Assembly (NCBI GenBank): GCA_029762535.1
Contig: JARVGK010000010.1
Coordinates: 19,892-83,891 of the forward strand
Reading direction: 5' to 3'
From: Thermoplasmatota archaeon
Lineage (GTDB): Archaea > Thermoplasmatota > Penumbrarchaeia > Penumbrarchaeales > Penumbrarchaeaceae
Length of the DNA stretch: 64,000 nucleotides
The stretch's first letter is position 1; every line of letters begins with the position of its first letter. The translations under genes and the position numbers were made by a program. The notes under the pieces are model-generated. The model was not told where the DNA came from and did no database searches. It was given only the letters and a program-made list of their open reading frames with translations. Positions 47,933 through 58,510 of this stretch are shown here, piece by piece.

Positions 47933-49177
47933 ATGGAATTCAAGGAATTGGGATTGAATGACAGGCTCGTTGCTACAGTCAAGGGCCTCGGATACACATC
48001 CCCAACGCAGATCCAGGAACAGGCGATACCCATCGTGCTTCAGGGCAAGGACGTCCTGGGACAGGCACAGACGGGGACAGGGAAGACGGCGGCCTTCGCG
48101 CTGCCCATACTTGATAGGCTTATGGAAGGTCCGCGCGGCAGGGTCCGCGCGCTGATCATCGCCCCCACCAGGGAGCTTTCGGAACAGATAGACTCAGCGA
48201 TAAGGGAACTATCCTCTGGGACCGGTCTGAGGTCAACGACGGTCTACGGCGGGGTAAGCATGGAAGGACAGGTCGCCCGACTCAGGGCAAGACCCGACAT
48301 CGTCGTGGCCTGTCCGGGAAGGCTCTTGGACCACATGAACAGGGGCACCATAGACCTGAGAGGGATAGAGGTCCTTGTCCTCGACGAGGCGGACAGGATG
48401 CTCGACATGGGTTTCCTCCAGGATATTCGCAGGATAATGAGATCGCTGCCGGTAAAGAGGCAGACCATGCTCTTCTCGGCCACGATACCAGGGGACATCA
48501 AGAGGCTGTCCTTCGAGTTCATGAAGGACCCCGTCAGCGTGGAGATAGGGCACAGCGCTCCTGTCGAGTCGGTATCCCATGCCATATATCCGGTCCCTCA
48601 TCACCTTAAAACGAGCCTTCTGATGTCCATACTGAAGGGATGCGGATCGGGATCCGTTATCATATTCACCAGGACAAAGCACAGGGCCAAAAGGCTGGCA
48701 TATCAGCTCCAGAAGGATGGATACCCCGCCGCTTCGCTGCAGGGGAACCTATCTCAGAACAAGCGGCAGGAGGCTCTCGACGGTTTCAGGAGAGGCTCGT
48801 ACCGGATCCTTGTCGCGACCGACATCGCAGCGAGGGGAATAGACATCTCGACCATATCGCATGTGATCAACTACGACATGCCTGATACCGGGGACGCCTA
48901 CACCCACAGGATCGGCAGGACGGGAAGGGTCGATAGGACCGGGATCGCCTACACCCTCGTCACCTTCGAGGACGAATCCATGGTGAGGACCATCGAGGGA
49001 TTGATAGGGTCGAACCTGGAGAGGAGGACCATCGATGGGTTCGATTACGGTGGGTTCCAGCTTCCTGCGGGACGGCCCTCACAGCCTCGCTCCGGGCCCG
49101 GCAGGAGAGGACCCGCCCCTGCAAGGAGCGGTATGTTCAGGGAGACAAGGACCCTGTACAGGTCCCTTCACGCTTGA
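47933..49177 (+). CDS. DEAD-box RNA helicase
   Basis: AQTGTGKT, PTREL, DEAD, SAT, ARGID, HRIGRTGR. Confidence 0.96.
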   Translation: MEFKELGLNDRLVATVKGLGYTSPTQIQEQAIPIVLQGKDVLGQAQTGTGKTAAFALPILDRLMEGPRGRVRALIIAPTRELSEQIDSAIRELSSGTGLRSTTVYGGVSMEGQVARLRARPDIVVACPGRLLDHMNRGTIDLRGIEVLVLDEADRMLDMGFLQDIRRIMRSLPVKRQTMLFSATIPGDIKRLSFEFMKDPVSVEIGHSAPVESVSHAIYPVPHHLKTSLLMSILKGCGSGSVIIFTRTKHRAKRLAYQLQKDGYPAASLQGNLSQNKRQEALDGFRRGSYRILVATDIAARGIDISTISHVINYDMPDTGDAYTHRIGRTGRVDRTGIAYTLVTFEDESMVRTIEGLIGSNLERRTIDGFDYGGFQLPAGRPSQPRSGPGRRGPAPARSGMFRETRTLYRSLHA

Positions 49178-49211
49178 ATGGATTTATCAAAATGATGTAT
49201 GATACGGCCTC

Positions 49212-49922
49212 ATGCGAAGGCGGACCGTGAGGAGGATCGCGCTGTACGTTTCTCTGGCGCTGTTCCCCGTCACGTTCTACTACCTGTCCCCTTATCTCAT
49301 CATATTGGGGGCCTCCGAGGGGATCGTCAACGGGAGCTTCCTGGTATTCTCTTCCATGTTGATATCGTCCCTCTTTTTGGGAAGGCTCTGGTGCGGCTGG
49401 GTCTGTCCGGGAAGCGCCCTGGGCGAGATATGCTCCCGCGCCAGGGGAAAAAGTGTGAGGATCGGAAGATGGGACCTCCTCAAGTTCCTGGTATGGATCC
49501 CGTGGATCGCCCTGATCGCTATCATAGCGGTCAGGGCTGGAGGTTATTCCCGAGTGGACCCCTTCTACGAAACCGTGTACGGGATCTCCATTCTGGCCCC
49601 CGGGGCGATCTTCGTCCTTTTTGGGGTGCTTTTGCTCATATCCGGGAGTGATCTCCTCATAGGAAGAAGGGCCTTCTGCCATTATCTCTGCTGGATGGCC
49701 CCGTTCATGGTAATAGGTGGTTGGTTCGGGAGCAGGGCCCGGACCCATCTCGTGAAGCTCAAGGCGGATCCCGACAGATGCATACACTGCGGTGCATGTA
49801 CCAGGAACTGCCCGATGAGCCTGGATGTCGAGGGCATGGTAGCAAGGGGCGACATGCGAAATTCAGAGTGCATCCTCTGCATGAGCTGCGTCGATGCGTG
49901 CCCCGTGAAAGCGATCCGGTAA
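49212..49922 (+). CDS. Membrane 4Fe-4S binding protein (NapH/MauN-like)
   Basis: GRLWCGWVCP, RAFCHYLC, CIHCGACTRNCP, CILCMSCVDACP. Confidence 0.88.
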   Translation: MRRRTVRRIALYVSLALFPVTFYYLSPYLIILGASEGIVNGSFLVFSSMLISSLFLGRLWCGWVCPGSALGEICSRARGKSVRIGRWDLLKFLVWIPWIALIAIIAVRAGGYSRVDPFYETVYGISILAPGAIFVLFGVLLLISGSDLLIGRRAFCHYLCWMAPFMVIGGWFGSRARTHLVKLKADPDRCIHCGACTRNCPMSLDVEGMVARGDMRNSECILCMSCVDACPVKAIR

Positions 49923-49990
49923 TTGGTTATTATGTCTATTATGTGAATAAACATAAATAACATATAATGCATATAATAATCGATGATACC

Positions 49991-50233
49991 ATGCCGTCCA
50001 TGACCCTGTCCATACCTGAGGACCTACACAGGTTGATCAGCAAGCATAATGAGATCAAATGGAGCGAGATCGCAAGGAGAGCCATGTGGGATTATGCAAA
50101 AAAGCTCAATCTACTCGATGAACTTCTTAAAAACAGCGAGATGACCGAGGAGGATGCCATAGAGATCGGGAGGAAGATTAAAGAAGGAATGCACAAGCGC
50201 CACATGGAGAAGTTGGATGAAACTGATAATTAA
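49991..50233 (+). CDS. RHH/CopG-like antitoxin
   Basis: MTLSIPEDLH....H.EIKWSEIARRA pattern of archaeal VapB-like antitoxins. It overlaps the start of a PIN-like ORF. Confidence 0.75.
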   Translation: MPSMTLSIPEDLHRLISKHNEIKWSEIARRAMWDYAKKLNLLDELLKNSEMTEEDAIEIGRKIKEGMHKRHMEKLDETDN

Positions 50234-50330
50234 CACAAATATAATGATCTCCTCCTTGATCAGGGACTCTATATCCGTTCAGCGGCCTTTCACAGTATTA
50301 ATAGTGCGAACCATGCGAGATTGCCGATGA
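50217..50330 (+). pseudogene. Truncated PIN-domain (VapC) toxin remnant
   Basis: MKLIINTNIMISSLIRDS resembles the PIN N-terminus (D-T-N, with D replaced by N). The frame stops after 37 aa. Confidence 0.6.
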
Positions 50331-50791
50331 GGAGGATCGCCCCCTGCGATCTCCCCATATTCCCCATGGAGACCACAGCTCCTATGAGAGACAGCGAGAT
50401 CATTGCGGGTATCAGGGAAAACGATAACAAGGCATCTGAACTCAAAGGCGATATGATACCGCTAGAACCGACTATCATCAATATATTGAATACTTGACTC
50501 AACGGTTTCCTCCCCCATTTGACCGCTGCTTATCGTTCTTTTTATTGGGGTAGATCAAAGGGGAAGGTATCCCCAAGGAGTCAGCAGCATGGATAATATA
50601 ATAGCATGTAAACGTGTTCCATTTAAAAATAAAGATTATAATTTTTCTACTGAATAATACACATAATTCGGTAGCATTTATCAAAAATAATATATATGTT
50701 CAAACGCATCTATGCTCCAGGGCATGGAAATGGACCTGAAAGGGCACATGACCATTCCCGGAATGTAAGATCCATTAGGGGTGTTGGGATA

Positions 50792-52024
50792 ATGAGAGCT
50801 GGAAGATCCATGGCATATATGATATTCGCTGGATTGTTGATAACGACCATGATCATGGGCGTTCGAGCCGAAACCTCGATATCGCATACCGATCCCTCGG
50901 GCGATGTCGATCACACCGGGTTGAACGAGGAATACATAGACAACATCGACATAGCCTCTCTAAGTATCGACTGGAGCTCGGATCCCATAGTCGTGAAGAT
51001 GACGGTCGAAGGCATCTTCGAGACGGTATCCTCGCCAGAGACAATGTTGTATTCCTATCAAATATATATCGATCAGACGGGGGACGGGGAGGATAATGTC
51101 CTCATCAATATGATGGGCGGAGGATACGCTGTCATGGTAGCGGATCACACCGAGACCTACAATATGGAACCGAACGTGACCGGTGGAGGCACGAGCGAGA
51201 TAACGATACGGTTCTCAAGGGCCGATATAGGAATGGACGAGCACCCCATATCCGACATCCGGGCCGAGGCATCCCTCACTGACCTTGGCACCTTCGAGAC
51301 CGGAAAGGACGTCATCAACGAGGATTACGGAGTGATCCCCGACGATGATGAGGAGGATGATGACGATGATCCGGGAGATGACCAGGATGACGATTGGGAC
51401 GATGACTGGGATGATGACTGGGAGGGCGAGATGATCGACGATCCCCTCAAGGAGACGCCCACCGACACTTCTATCTCGGTCAAGATCGAGGACCTCAAGG
51501 TCGATGTGGACCTTGGCGAGGAGATGTTCGAGGTGGTCTATTCAGCTGAGGGAAGTACCTCCGGGAGCGTCCATCACTGCTCTATGACGATCGTCACCTA
51601 CTACAAGAACGGCTCGTACCAGGCGGACGATTGGAATGTGGGCCCCGAGATAAGAGAGAGGGCCACGTTTATGGGAATGACCTTCGAGATGTATTTCAAA
51701 GGTACAGGACCTGGAGGGGAGGACGATTGGTCCACCTGGAAGGCCTACACCTATACGAAGGCCCCCATGGAGATGTACAACGATACAGTGGACGATACCG
51801 GTAATGAGGATGACATCGAATCCATGTATCTCGTCATAAGGGCCTTTTCCGACGAGGGCGGGACCATGTGGAACCAGGACAGGAAGGACATGAAAGACAT
51901 GTGGTTCGGGATCGATGGCGAGGGCGAGGGTGGAGAAAAGAAGCTCCCGTTCCCCACCGCGATCCTCGTGATCCCCCTTCTTTTGATGACGGCCATCATC
52001 ATCGGAAATAGGAAGAGAGCATAG
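50792..52024 (+). CDS. Acidic surface protein with C-terminal TM anchor
   Basis: Signal peptide, TDPSGDV, Asp-rich linker, then TM and RKR. Confidence 0.75.
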   Translation: MRAGRSMAYMIFAGLLITTMIMGVRAETSISHTDPSGDVDHTGLNEEYIDNIDIASLSIDWSSDPIVVKMTVEGIFETVSSPETMLYSYQIYIDQTGDGEDNVLINMMGGGYAVMVADHTETYNMEPNVTGGGTSEITIRFSRADIGMDEHPISDIRAEASLTDLGTFETGKDVINEDYGVIPDDDEEDDDDDPGDDQDDDWDDDWDDDWEGEMIDDPLKETPTDTSISVKIEDLKVDVDLGEEMFEVVYSAEGSTSGSVHHCSMTIVTYYKNGSYQADDWNVGPEIRERATFMGMTFEMYFKGTGPGGEDDWSTWKAYTYTKAPMEMYNDTVDDTGNEDDIESMYLVIRAFSDEGGTMWNQDRKDMKDMWFGIDGEGEGGEKKLPFPTAILVIPLLLMTAIIIGNRKRA

Positions 52025-52146
52025 ACCACCGATGATGTGGTCCGATCCCCCGATCATGGATATCCATCCATCGCGGGACCCTGTTGATGGATCGGTCCGT
52101 CGACCATTATATAAATCATCGTGGCCATCATACGATAAGGGGTAAC

Positions 52147-54372
52147 ATGAGAAAATGGGTAGTGGCTTCGATCGTAACGCTCCTGTTCCTGTTCTCGGTC
52201 ATCTCATCCGGATGCCTGGAAATAGAGGAGGAGAAAGAAGGAGAGGAGGGCGATGATGTGATCATCGTCCCCGAGACGACGCAGCAGTTGGGCGGAGACG
52301 TCCTCGATTATATCGAATCAGTATCCGATGACGCCTCGAAGATCGTATTTTACAGAGCCGATCTGTCCCACATCGACAGGGGGGACATCATCTCCTTTGG
52401 CATCTCAAAACATACCCCCTACGGGCTTTTGAGGAGGGTCGTAGGCATCGAAAGATCAGGGTCCAGGGTGGCCCTGGAGACGGAGCAGGCGACACTGGAG
52501 GAGGCCGTCAAGGAGGGCAGGGTGGAATACAACCAGACGCTCTCGGGACCGCTGAAGACCATACATTCACTGCCTGGAGTCACAATGGAAAACGAGAGGA
52601 CAAGGTCAGGCTTGGACGCTGTCTCCTTCGAGGACGTGGTCCTTCACGAAGAGGGCGGTTCCAGGCTGCTGTTGGACGGCTATCTCGATCTGGACTTCGA
52701 CCTCCTGTTCGTCCTTGAGATGGAGGACTTCAGTATCGTGGATTGCACCTTCGGAGCGAAGAGCACCTTTCACGGGGAGCTTGTGGTGACCTCCGAAGGG
52801 GAGATCGATATCGATTCGAAGCTCGAGGTGGCACGATACCAGTTCCCCCCTTTCATAATACCCATGGGCGCTATCGAGATCGTGATCGTCCCCGTCCTTT
52901 CCCTCACCATAGGAACGCGGGGTTCAGTAGCCGCAGGAACATCCATGAGGGCGCTCCAGAACACCGATGTCGAGGTGAGGGTGGCACATCCGAATTGGGA
53001 TCCGATCAAGGATTTCACATCCAATTTCGAATACGACACGCCCAGCCTCTCGGATGGGATCTCCATCCGATGCCAGGCCGGCCCCGAGATGCAGGTCCTC
53101 ATATACGGGGTGTTGGGCCCATACATATCGGCCCGCGGCTACGTCATGGGCGAGAGCGCCGGGGAAAGCTGGTGGCTATACGGCGGACTCTCCTTCGGGA
53201 TGGGTTTCAGGATAGAGGTCCTGGGCGTGTCCATCAAGGATTGGGAGAACTCGACCATAATCGATTTCAGAAGGCTCATCGCCTCAAGCATGGAAGACAT
53301 GGCACAGGGATGGGTTGTGGAGAAGGTCGACTACGCCGCCCAGCTTACTATACCAATAATGATAAGGAACCCGGACGGGGACATGGCCATTGTGTACACA
53401 TCCATAGATCCGGAGACCGGATATTTCCCCATCAAGATGGCCCTCCTCAAGGACGGGACGTGGTCCTTCGAGGATCTCGTGCGATCGAACTCCGATGATA
53501 CGATGGACGCATGCTTCGGACCTGACGGCGGGATCGTCCTCGCATACTACCACGGAGGGATGTCCTCGAGGATCCACCTCGTGTTCTGGAACGGGCGCAC
53601 CGTGAGAGGATACGAATACAAAGACAGCGACCTTGCGGGCAGGTTCGTATCCGAGATGAAATTGACCATGGACGATGAGGGGCGCCCAAACCTATACTAC
53701 GTGCTCTACAAGAATACGGGGGGCGGTTTCTTCAGGTTCGAGGAGGCGATCCTGAAGAGGGCGGTGTTCGAGGACGGCGGGTTCTCGAACGAGACCATAG
53801 TGTCGGGCGATGGCATATCGATCACAGGACTGGACCTGAAAAGGGCCAAGGACGACGCGCTACATCTGACATATTTCAAGGTGGACATCGATGCCTTCAC
53901 CCAGGAACTGGTCCACCATAGATACGCTGATGGCGTCCGGGAGGACCAATCCGTTTTCCACGAGGACGTGGTCTGGAACAACCCATCATCCAGCTTCATG
54001 GATATTGACGAGAAGGATGACCCTGTCCTCCTTTTCGATGACAACAACGGGACGTTCCAGTTCATGAGGTACACCGATGGGAGATGGATAACAGGGGATC
54101 CACCCGGGGTGAAGACCCCGAACCTGGGTCTAGTATCCCTTCATCTACTCGAGGGGGTTGACCCGGTCTGCGGCCACATCTCCTCTTCCGGGTCCCAGGC
54201 GAGATCCCTCTATTATTCCGTCCTTAAAGAGGATGGTTGGGATAGGGTGGAGGTGTTCAACTGGACCGGGTGGAGGCATCCCGGAGGGACGGATATCTCC
54301 CAAACCGACGAAAGGTTGCTTGTGGCGTTCAACGATGGTCTTTTTTTGAGGGTCGCAAGGCGCGATGTCTGA
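52147..54372 (+). CDS. Putative lipoprotein / surface protein with C-terminal beta-propeller-like region
   Basis: MRKWVV...ISSGC lipobox-like signal, PYGLLRRV, and repeated W..E.V blade-like motifs. Confidence 0.7.
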   Translation: MRKWVVASIVTLLFLFSVISSGCLEIEEEKEGEEGDDVIIVPETTQQLGGDVLDYIESVSDDASKIVFYRADLSHIDRGDIISFGISKHTPYGLLRRVVGIERSGSRVALETEQATLEEAVKEGRVEYNQTLSGPLKTIHSLPGVTMENERTRSGLDAVSFEDVVLHEEGGSRLLLDGYLDLDFDLLFVLEMEDFSIVDCTFGAKSTFHGELVVTSEGEIDIDSKLEVARYQFPPFIIPMGAIEIVIVPVLSLTIGTRGSVAAGTSMRALQNTDVEVRVAHPNWDPIKDFTSNFEYDTPSLSDGISIRCQAGPEMQVLIYGVLGPYISARGYVMGESAGESWWLYGGLSFGMGFRIEVLGVSIKDWENSTIIDFRRLIASSMEDMAQGWVVEKVDYAAQLTIPIMIRNPDGDMAIVYTSIDPETGYFPIKMALLKDGTWSFEDLVRSNSDDTMDACFGPDGGIVLAYYHGGMSSRIHLVFWNGRTVRGYEYKDSDLAGRFVSEMKLTMDDEGRPNLYYVLYKNTGGGFFRFEEAILKRAVFEDGGFSNETIVSGDGISITGLDLKRAKDDALHLTYFKVDIDAFTQELVHHRYADGVREDQSVFHEDVVWNNPSSSFMDIDEKDDPVLLFDDNNGTFQFMRYTDGRWITGDPPGVKTPNLGLVSLHLLEGVDPVCGHISSSGSQARSLYYSVLKEDGWDRVEVFNWTGWRHPGGTDISQTDERLLVAFNDGLFLRVARRDV

Positions 54373-54437
54373 TGTCTTCATAGATTGAATCAATGGGCAG
54401 ATTTATTAACGAATAACGATATCGCATATCGATATCA

Positions 54438-54740
54438 ATGTATCAGAGAACGCTTTTGATGGGGTTCATAAGGGCCCACATACTTCACCATGCATCGCAA
54501 CCGGACGGAATGTACGGTTCATGGATGATCGAAGAGCTTAAAGGACACGGATACGGGATGAGCCCGGGGACCCTGTACCCGATACTGCACCGCCTGGAAA
54601 AGGACGGGGCCCTCAAGGCCGAGGAGGTCCTGGTCGGCGGAAAGATAAGGAAGGTCTACAGGACCACCGAGAAGGGAGAGGAGTTGCTCGAGATGATGAA
54701 ACGATACATCAGGGAACTTGCCAGGGAGGTGCTCGATTGA
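54438..54740 (+). CDS. PadR-family transcriptional regulator
   Basis: MYG..MIEEL..HGY.MSPGTLYPILHRLEKDG, RKVYRTTEKG. Confidence 0.92.
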   Translation: MYQRTLLMGFIRAHILHHASQPDGMYGSWMIEELKGHGYGMSPGTLYPILHRLEKDGALKAEEVLVGGKIRKVYRTTEKGEELLEMMKRYIRELAREVLD

Positions 54741-55417
54741 ACGTTTTCCGTGTCAGCGGGGCCAAAAAGAGACTCGGGGAGAACCGGGTCCTCAGAGGGA
54801 TAGATCTCGATGTCCGAAAGGGAGAGGTCCTGTCTTTGGTCGGTCCGTCGGGCAGTGGAAAATCCACCTTCCTCAGGACCCTGAACCGTCTTATCGAACT
54901 GGACTCGGGATCGATACTCTTCAAGGGTGCCTCCATCATCGATATGGACCCGGTCGGCCTGAGGAGGAATGTGGTATTGGTAACTCAGGAGGCGGTCATG
55001 CTACCGGGAACGGTGAAGGAGAACATCCTGTATGGGCCGGAGCTCGCCGGGATGAAGGACGGGTGCGATGCCGGAAAGTGTCTTATCGAGGCGGGACTGT
55101 CTGCGGATTTCTCGGCCAAGGACGCATCCAAACTATCCGGTGGAGAGAAGAAGAGGGTATCCCTGGCGAGGGCCCTGGCGCTCAGACCTGAAGTGCTGCT
55201 TCTCGATGAGCCCACCGTCGGCGTGGACCCGAAAAGGGTAAAGAGGATGGAGAGGACCATCCTCAAAGCGGCCAGGTCCAGAGGGCTGACCGTGGTCTGG
55301 GTCACTCATGACATTCCGCAGGCCATGAGGGTCTCGGACAGGATCGCCAATCTCAAGAAGGGCAAAGTGGTGGAGGTTAAGAACGCGGGAGAGTTCGAAT
55401 GGGAGGGGGCATATTGA
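54737..55417 (+). CDS. ABC transporter ATP-binding protein (FetA/YbbL-like)
   Basis: GPSGSGKST, LSGGE, LLDEPT, VTHD. Confidence 0.9.
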   Translation: MNVFRVSGAKKRLGENRVLRGIDLDVRKGEVLSLVGPSGSGKSTFLRTLNRLIELDSGSILFKGASIIDMDPVGLRRNVVLVTQEAVMLPGTVKENILYGPELAGMKDGCDAGKCLIEAGLSADFSAKDASKLSGGEKKRVSLARALALRPEVLLLDEPTVGVDPKRVKRMERTILKAARSRGLTVVWVTHDIPQAMRVSDRIANLKKGKVVEVKNAGEFEWEGAY

Positions 55418-56196
55418 GCGGTCTTCCCTACACCTGGGAAGAGGGGCTCGTCATACTGGGGTTGACCCTTGTCCTTTTCGTATTGGCGATCGCCGTATCC
55501 ATATTCAAGAGGATCGGCATCGCGAAGGAGTACACGATAGCACTGATCAGGGGAAGCGTTCAGCTCTTTTTCACCGCTGGGATCCTCTATCTTTTGTTCG
55601 AGTTCGAATGGTGGTACTATCCCATCTGGCTCATGCTCATCGCCATGATATTGATGGGAGGCTACACCTCGGCGAAGAGGGCATCGAAGATGCCCGGCGC
55701 GTACAAGGTGACCACGCCTTCGATACTCATAGGAGGCACGATCGTTCTCTTGATATTGTGGATCACCGGGGCGATGCCCTCCGAACCACAGTTCATCATA
55801 CCGCTTTCGGGGATGGTCTTCGGGAACTCGATGACGATATGCTCTCTGGCACTGAACAGGCTCATCAGGGAGTTCGAGACCAACAGACCCTCACTGGAGA
55901 CGATGCTCTCCCTGGGAGCCACTCCCAAAGAGGCCATGGAGGAATTTGCGAGGATGTCCGTGAAAGCGGCGCTGATCCCGAACATAGACTCGCTGAAGAC
56001 CCTCGGGATCATATTCATCCCGGGGGCGATGGCGGGCCTTCTGATAGCGGGGACGAACCCGATCCTCGCGGCCGAATACCAGATCATCGTATTTCTCATG
56101 ATCCTATGCGGAGGGCTCATAACATCGTTGATAGCTGTCTATCTGGCAAGGGGAATGTTGTTCACCAAGGCCTATCAGATCGCTGAATGGATCTGA
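55414..56196 (+). CDS. fetB: ABC transporter permease, UPF0014 (FetB/YbbM-like)
   Basis: RGSVQL, IIPLSGMVFGNSM, LSLGAT, ALIPNID, PGAMAG, AAEYQI. Confidence 0.85.
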   Translation: MSGLPYTWEEGLVILGLTLVLFVLAIAVSIFKRIGIAKEYTIALIRGSVQLFFTAGILYLLFEFEWWYYPIWLMLIAMILMGGYTSAKRASKMPGAYKVTTPSILIGGTIVLLILWITGAMPSEPQFIIPLSGMVFGNSMTICSLALNRLIREFETNRPSLETMLSLGATPKEAMEEFARMSVKAALIPNIDSLKTLGIIFIPGAMAGLLIAGTNPILAAEYQIIVFLMILCGGLITSLIAVYLARGMLFTKAYQIAEWI

Positions 56197-56244
56197 GATC
56201 GATGAGGGCCGCTTTCTTAACGATGGGACGGGCGCATGGTTCCT

Positions 56245-56335
56245 TGATCTTATATAAAGAATGTTTTTATTTTCATAAAAAATAAGTTGTTTTATTATTT
56301 GTTTATGATAAATTATATATAATACCGATAGAATA
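56245..56335 (+). promoter_or_regulatory. Very AT-rich promoter/operator region of the arg operon
   Basis: About 80 nt of almost pure A/T with imperfect palindromes (e.g. TTTATGATAAA) and TATA-like AATTATATATA. Confidence 0.55.
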
Positions 56336-56413
56336 GGACATTACAGAACGTCCTGAAAGGATGTTTCCATATGATACCCTTTGAAATATTCACATTATCT
56401 TGAGGTGATTCCG

Positions 56414-57298
56414 ATGAATAATAACGACCATCAACTGGACATATTCGATCTTTTACCTGCTCTTATCGATCTGAAGGGTAAGAGGATCGTGGTCAAGTAC
56501 GGTGGGAATGCCATGGTCGATGAGAGCCTTCAGAAGAAGGTCGTGGATGACATAGTATTTCTGGACTTGATCGGTGTGAAGGTCGTTGTTGTCCATGGGG
56601 GAGGGCCTGCCATCTCGGAACATATGAGACGGGTTGGTCTTAAGCCCGAATTCATACATGGGCAGAGGAGAACGGATAATGATGCACTTGAGATAGTCGA
56701 AATGGTACTCTGCGGGAAGGTCAACAATCAGATCGTGAAGCTGATCAATTCTCACGGAGCAAAGGCCATAGGACTTTCCGGAAAGGACGGGAATCTTATC
56801 CGTGCAAGAAAGCTGATAAGGGAAGTGATAAACGACGGGAATTTCGACCCCGTGGATATGGGATGTGTCGGCGAGGTCGAGAGAATCGACTCATCCATTA
56901 TCGAACAGTTCTTCAAAATAGGAATTCTGCCCGTTATCGCACCCATAGGAGTTGGAGCCGACTTCGAGGACTACAACATCAACGCGGATGTCCTTGCCTC
57001 CCACGTGGCCTCGAGCATAGAGGCCGATACGATAATCTACCTGACGGACGTGGACGGCCTGATGCTCGATCAGGATGAACCATCATCCTTGATCAGGTTC
57101 ATCGATGCTCCCACTGCCAAATCAATGATAAATCGCGAGATAACCGGAGGAATGATCCCAAAGGTCGCCTCATGCATCAAGGCACTCGAGAACGGCGTTC
57201 GATCCGGTATGATCGTTAACGGAACAAAGGACCATACCATGCTCTCATCACTTGTTTTCCCGGGAGAGGTCGGGACCATGATAAGAGCTGGATTGTAA
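56414..57298 (+). CDS. argB: Acetylglutamate kinase
   Basis: VVKYGGNAM, VHGGGP, GLSGKDG, NINAD, LTDVDG, GGMIPKV. GAGGTGA RBS. Confidence 0.96.
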   Translation: MNNNDHQLDIFDLLPALIDLKGKRIVVKYGGNAMVDESLQKKVVDDIVFLDLIGVKVVVVHGGGPAISEHMRRVGLKPEFIHGQRRTDNDALEIVEMVLCGKVNNQIVKLINSHGAKAIGLSGKDGNLIRARKLIREVINDGNFDPVDMGCVGEVERIDSSIIEQFFKIGILPVIAPIGVGADFEDYNINADVLASHVASSIEADTIIYLTDVDGLMLDQDEPSSLIRFIDAPTAKSMINREITGGMIPKVASCIKALENGVRSGMIVNGTKDHTMLSSLVFPGEVGTMIRAGL

Positions 57299-57310
57299 GG
57301 ATATGATAAG

Positions 57311-58510
57311 ATGTACGACTATTTGGAAATAAAGGAATTGAACGATAGATATCATTTTGGGACATACAGGAGACTGCCGGTGCTCCTTGTGGAAGGAAAG
57401 GGAAGCAGGGTGCGTGATAATGAAGGTAACGAATATCTCGATCTTCTTGGCGGTATTGCCGTAAATGCCCTTGGCCACTGCCACCCGAAAGTGGTCGACG
57501 CTATCCAGCAACAGGCAAGTAAATTGATACACTGCTCCAATCTATATCACATAGGGCCCCAGGCCCATCTGGCCCGGTTATTGCTTGAGAATTGTGATAT
57601 GGACAGGATATTCTTCTGTAATTCAGGGACCGAAGCCGTCGAGGGCGCGATGAAGCTCTCAAGGAAATGGGCTTCCTCCCATGGCAGGGGTGGCAAGATC
57701 ATAACCATGGAAGGTTCCTTTCACGGACGGAGTCTGGCAGCCCTTACCGCCACGGGGCAGAGGAAATACCATGAGGGAATGGACCCGCTCCCGACGGGTT
57801 TCGCCACGGTTCCCTTCAACGACATCGATGCGGTGAAAGCGATCGCGGGTGACGATACCTGCGCTGTCATGGTCGAGCCCGTCCAGGGCGAGGGCGGTAT
57901 CAGGATCGCCTCACGTGAATATCTCAAGGACCTCAGGGACCTATGCAATGAGAGGGGAATACTTCTTGTGTTCGATGAGATCCAATGCGGAATGGGCAGG
58001 ACGGGGCATCTGTTCGCCTACCAGGGTTTCGATGTGGTCCCCGACATCATAACCATCGCAAAGGCCATGGGCGGGGGTTTTCCCATCGGGGCCTTCCTCG
58101 CTCGAGAGGAGATAGCATCCTCTTTCCAGGGAGGGGACCACGGCTCAACATTCGGCGGCAGCCCACTTGCGTCGGCAGCAGGCCTTGCAGCGGTTTCATC
58201 CATAATCGAAGAAGGACTGCCGAAAAGGGCAAAGGACCTGGGCGTATGGGCGATCCAACGACTGCAAAAAGAATTGGGCGGTTCGAGAATCATCAAGGAC
58301 ATAAGAGGGATGGGCCTCATGATAGGCGTGGAACTGAAGAGGGATGGGAAAGAAGTGGAGGATATGATGTTTAAAAGGAGGATGCTCATCAACTGCACGG
58401 CTGGTCACGTCCTAAGGTTCCTACCACCACTGAACATATCCCGAGAGGACCTCAACGAAGGACTCGACGCGTTCATAAAATGCCTGAAGGAGGTCGATAG
58501 GCATGAATGA
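57311..58510 (+). CDS. argD: Acetylornithine aminotransferase
   Basis: GIAVNALGH, NSGTEAVE, SFHGRS, EPVQGEGG, DEIQCGMGRTG, AKAMGGG, HGSTFGG; operon context. Confidence 0.95.
   Translation: MYDYLEIKELNDRYHFGTYRRLPVLLVEGKGSRVRDNEGNEYLDLLGGIAVNALGHCHPKVVDAIQQQASKLIHCSNLYHIGPQAHLARLLLENCDMDRIFFCNSGTEAVEGAMKLSRKWASSHGRGGKIITMEGSFHGRSLAALTATGQRKYHEGMDPLPTGFATVPFNDIDAVKAIAGDDTCAVMVEPVQGEGGIRIASREYLKDLRDLCNERGILLVFDEIQCGMGRTGHLFAYQGFDVVPDIITIAKAMGGGFPIGAFLAREEIASSFQGGDHGSTFGGSPLASAAGLAAVSSIIEEGLPKRAKDLGVWAIQRLQKELGGSRIIKDIRGMGLMIGVELKRDGKEVEDMMFKRRMLINCTAGHVLRFLPPLNISREDLNEGLDAFIKCLKEVDRHE

Noticed and set aside
56258-56280. Bacterial ARG box upstream of argB
   Set aside because: Only the TG...CA frame matches within generally AT-rich DNA, and no argR is visible.
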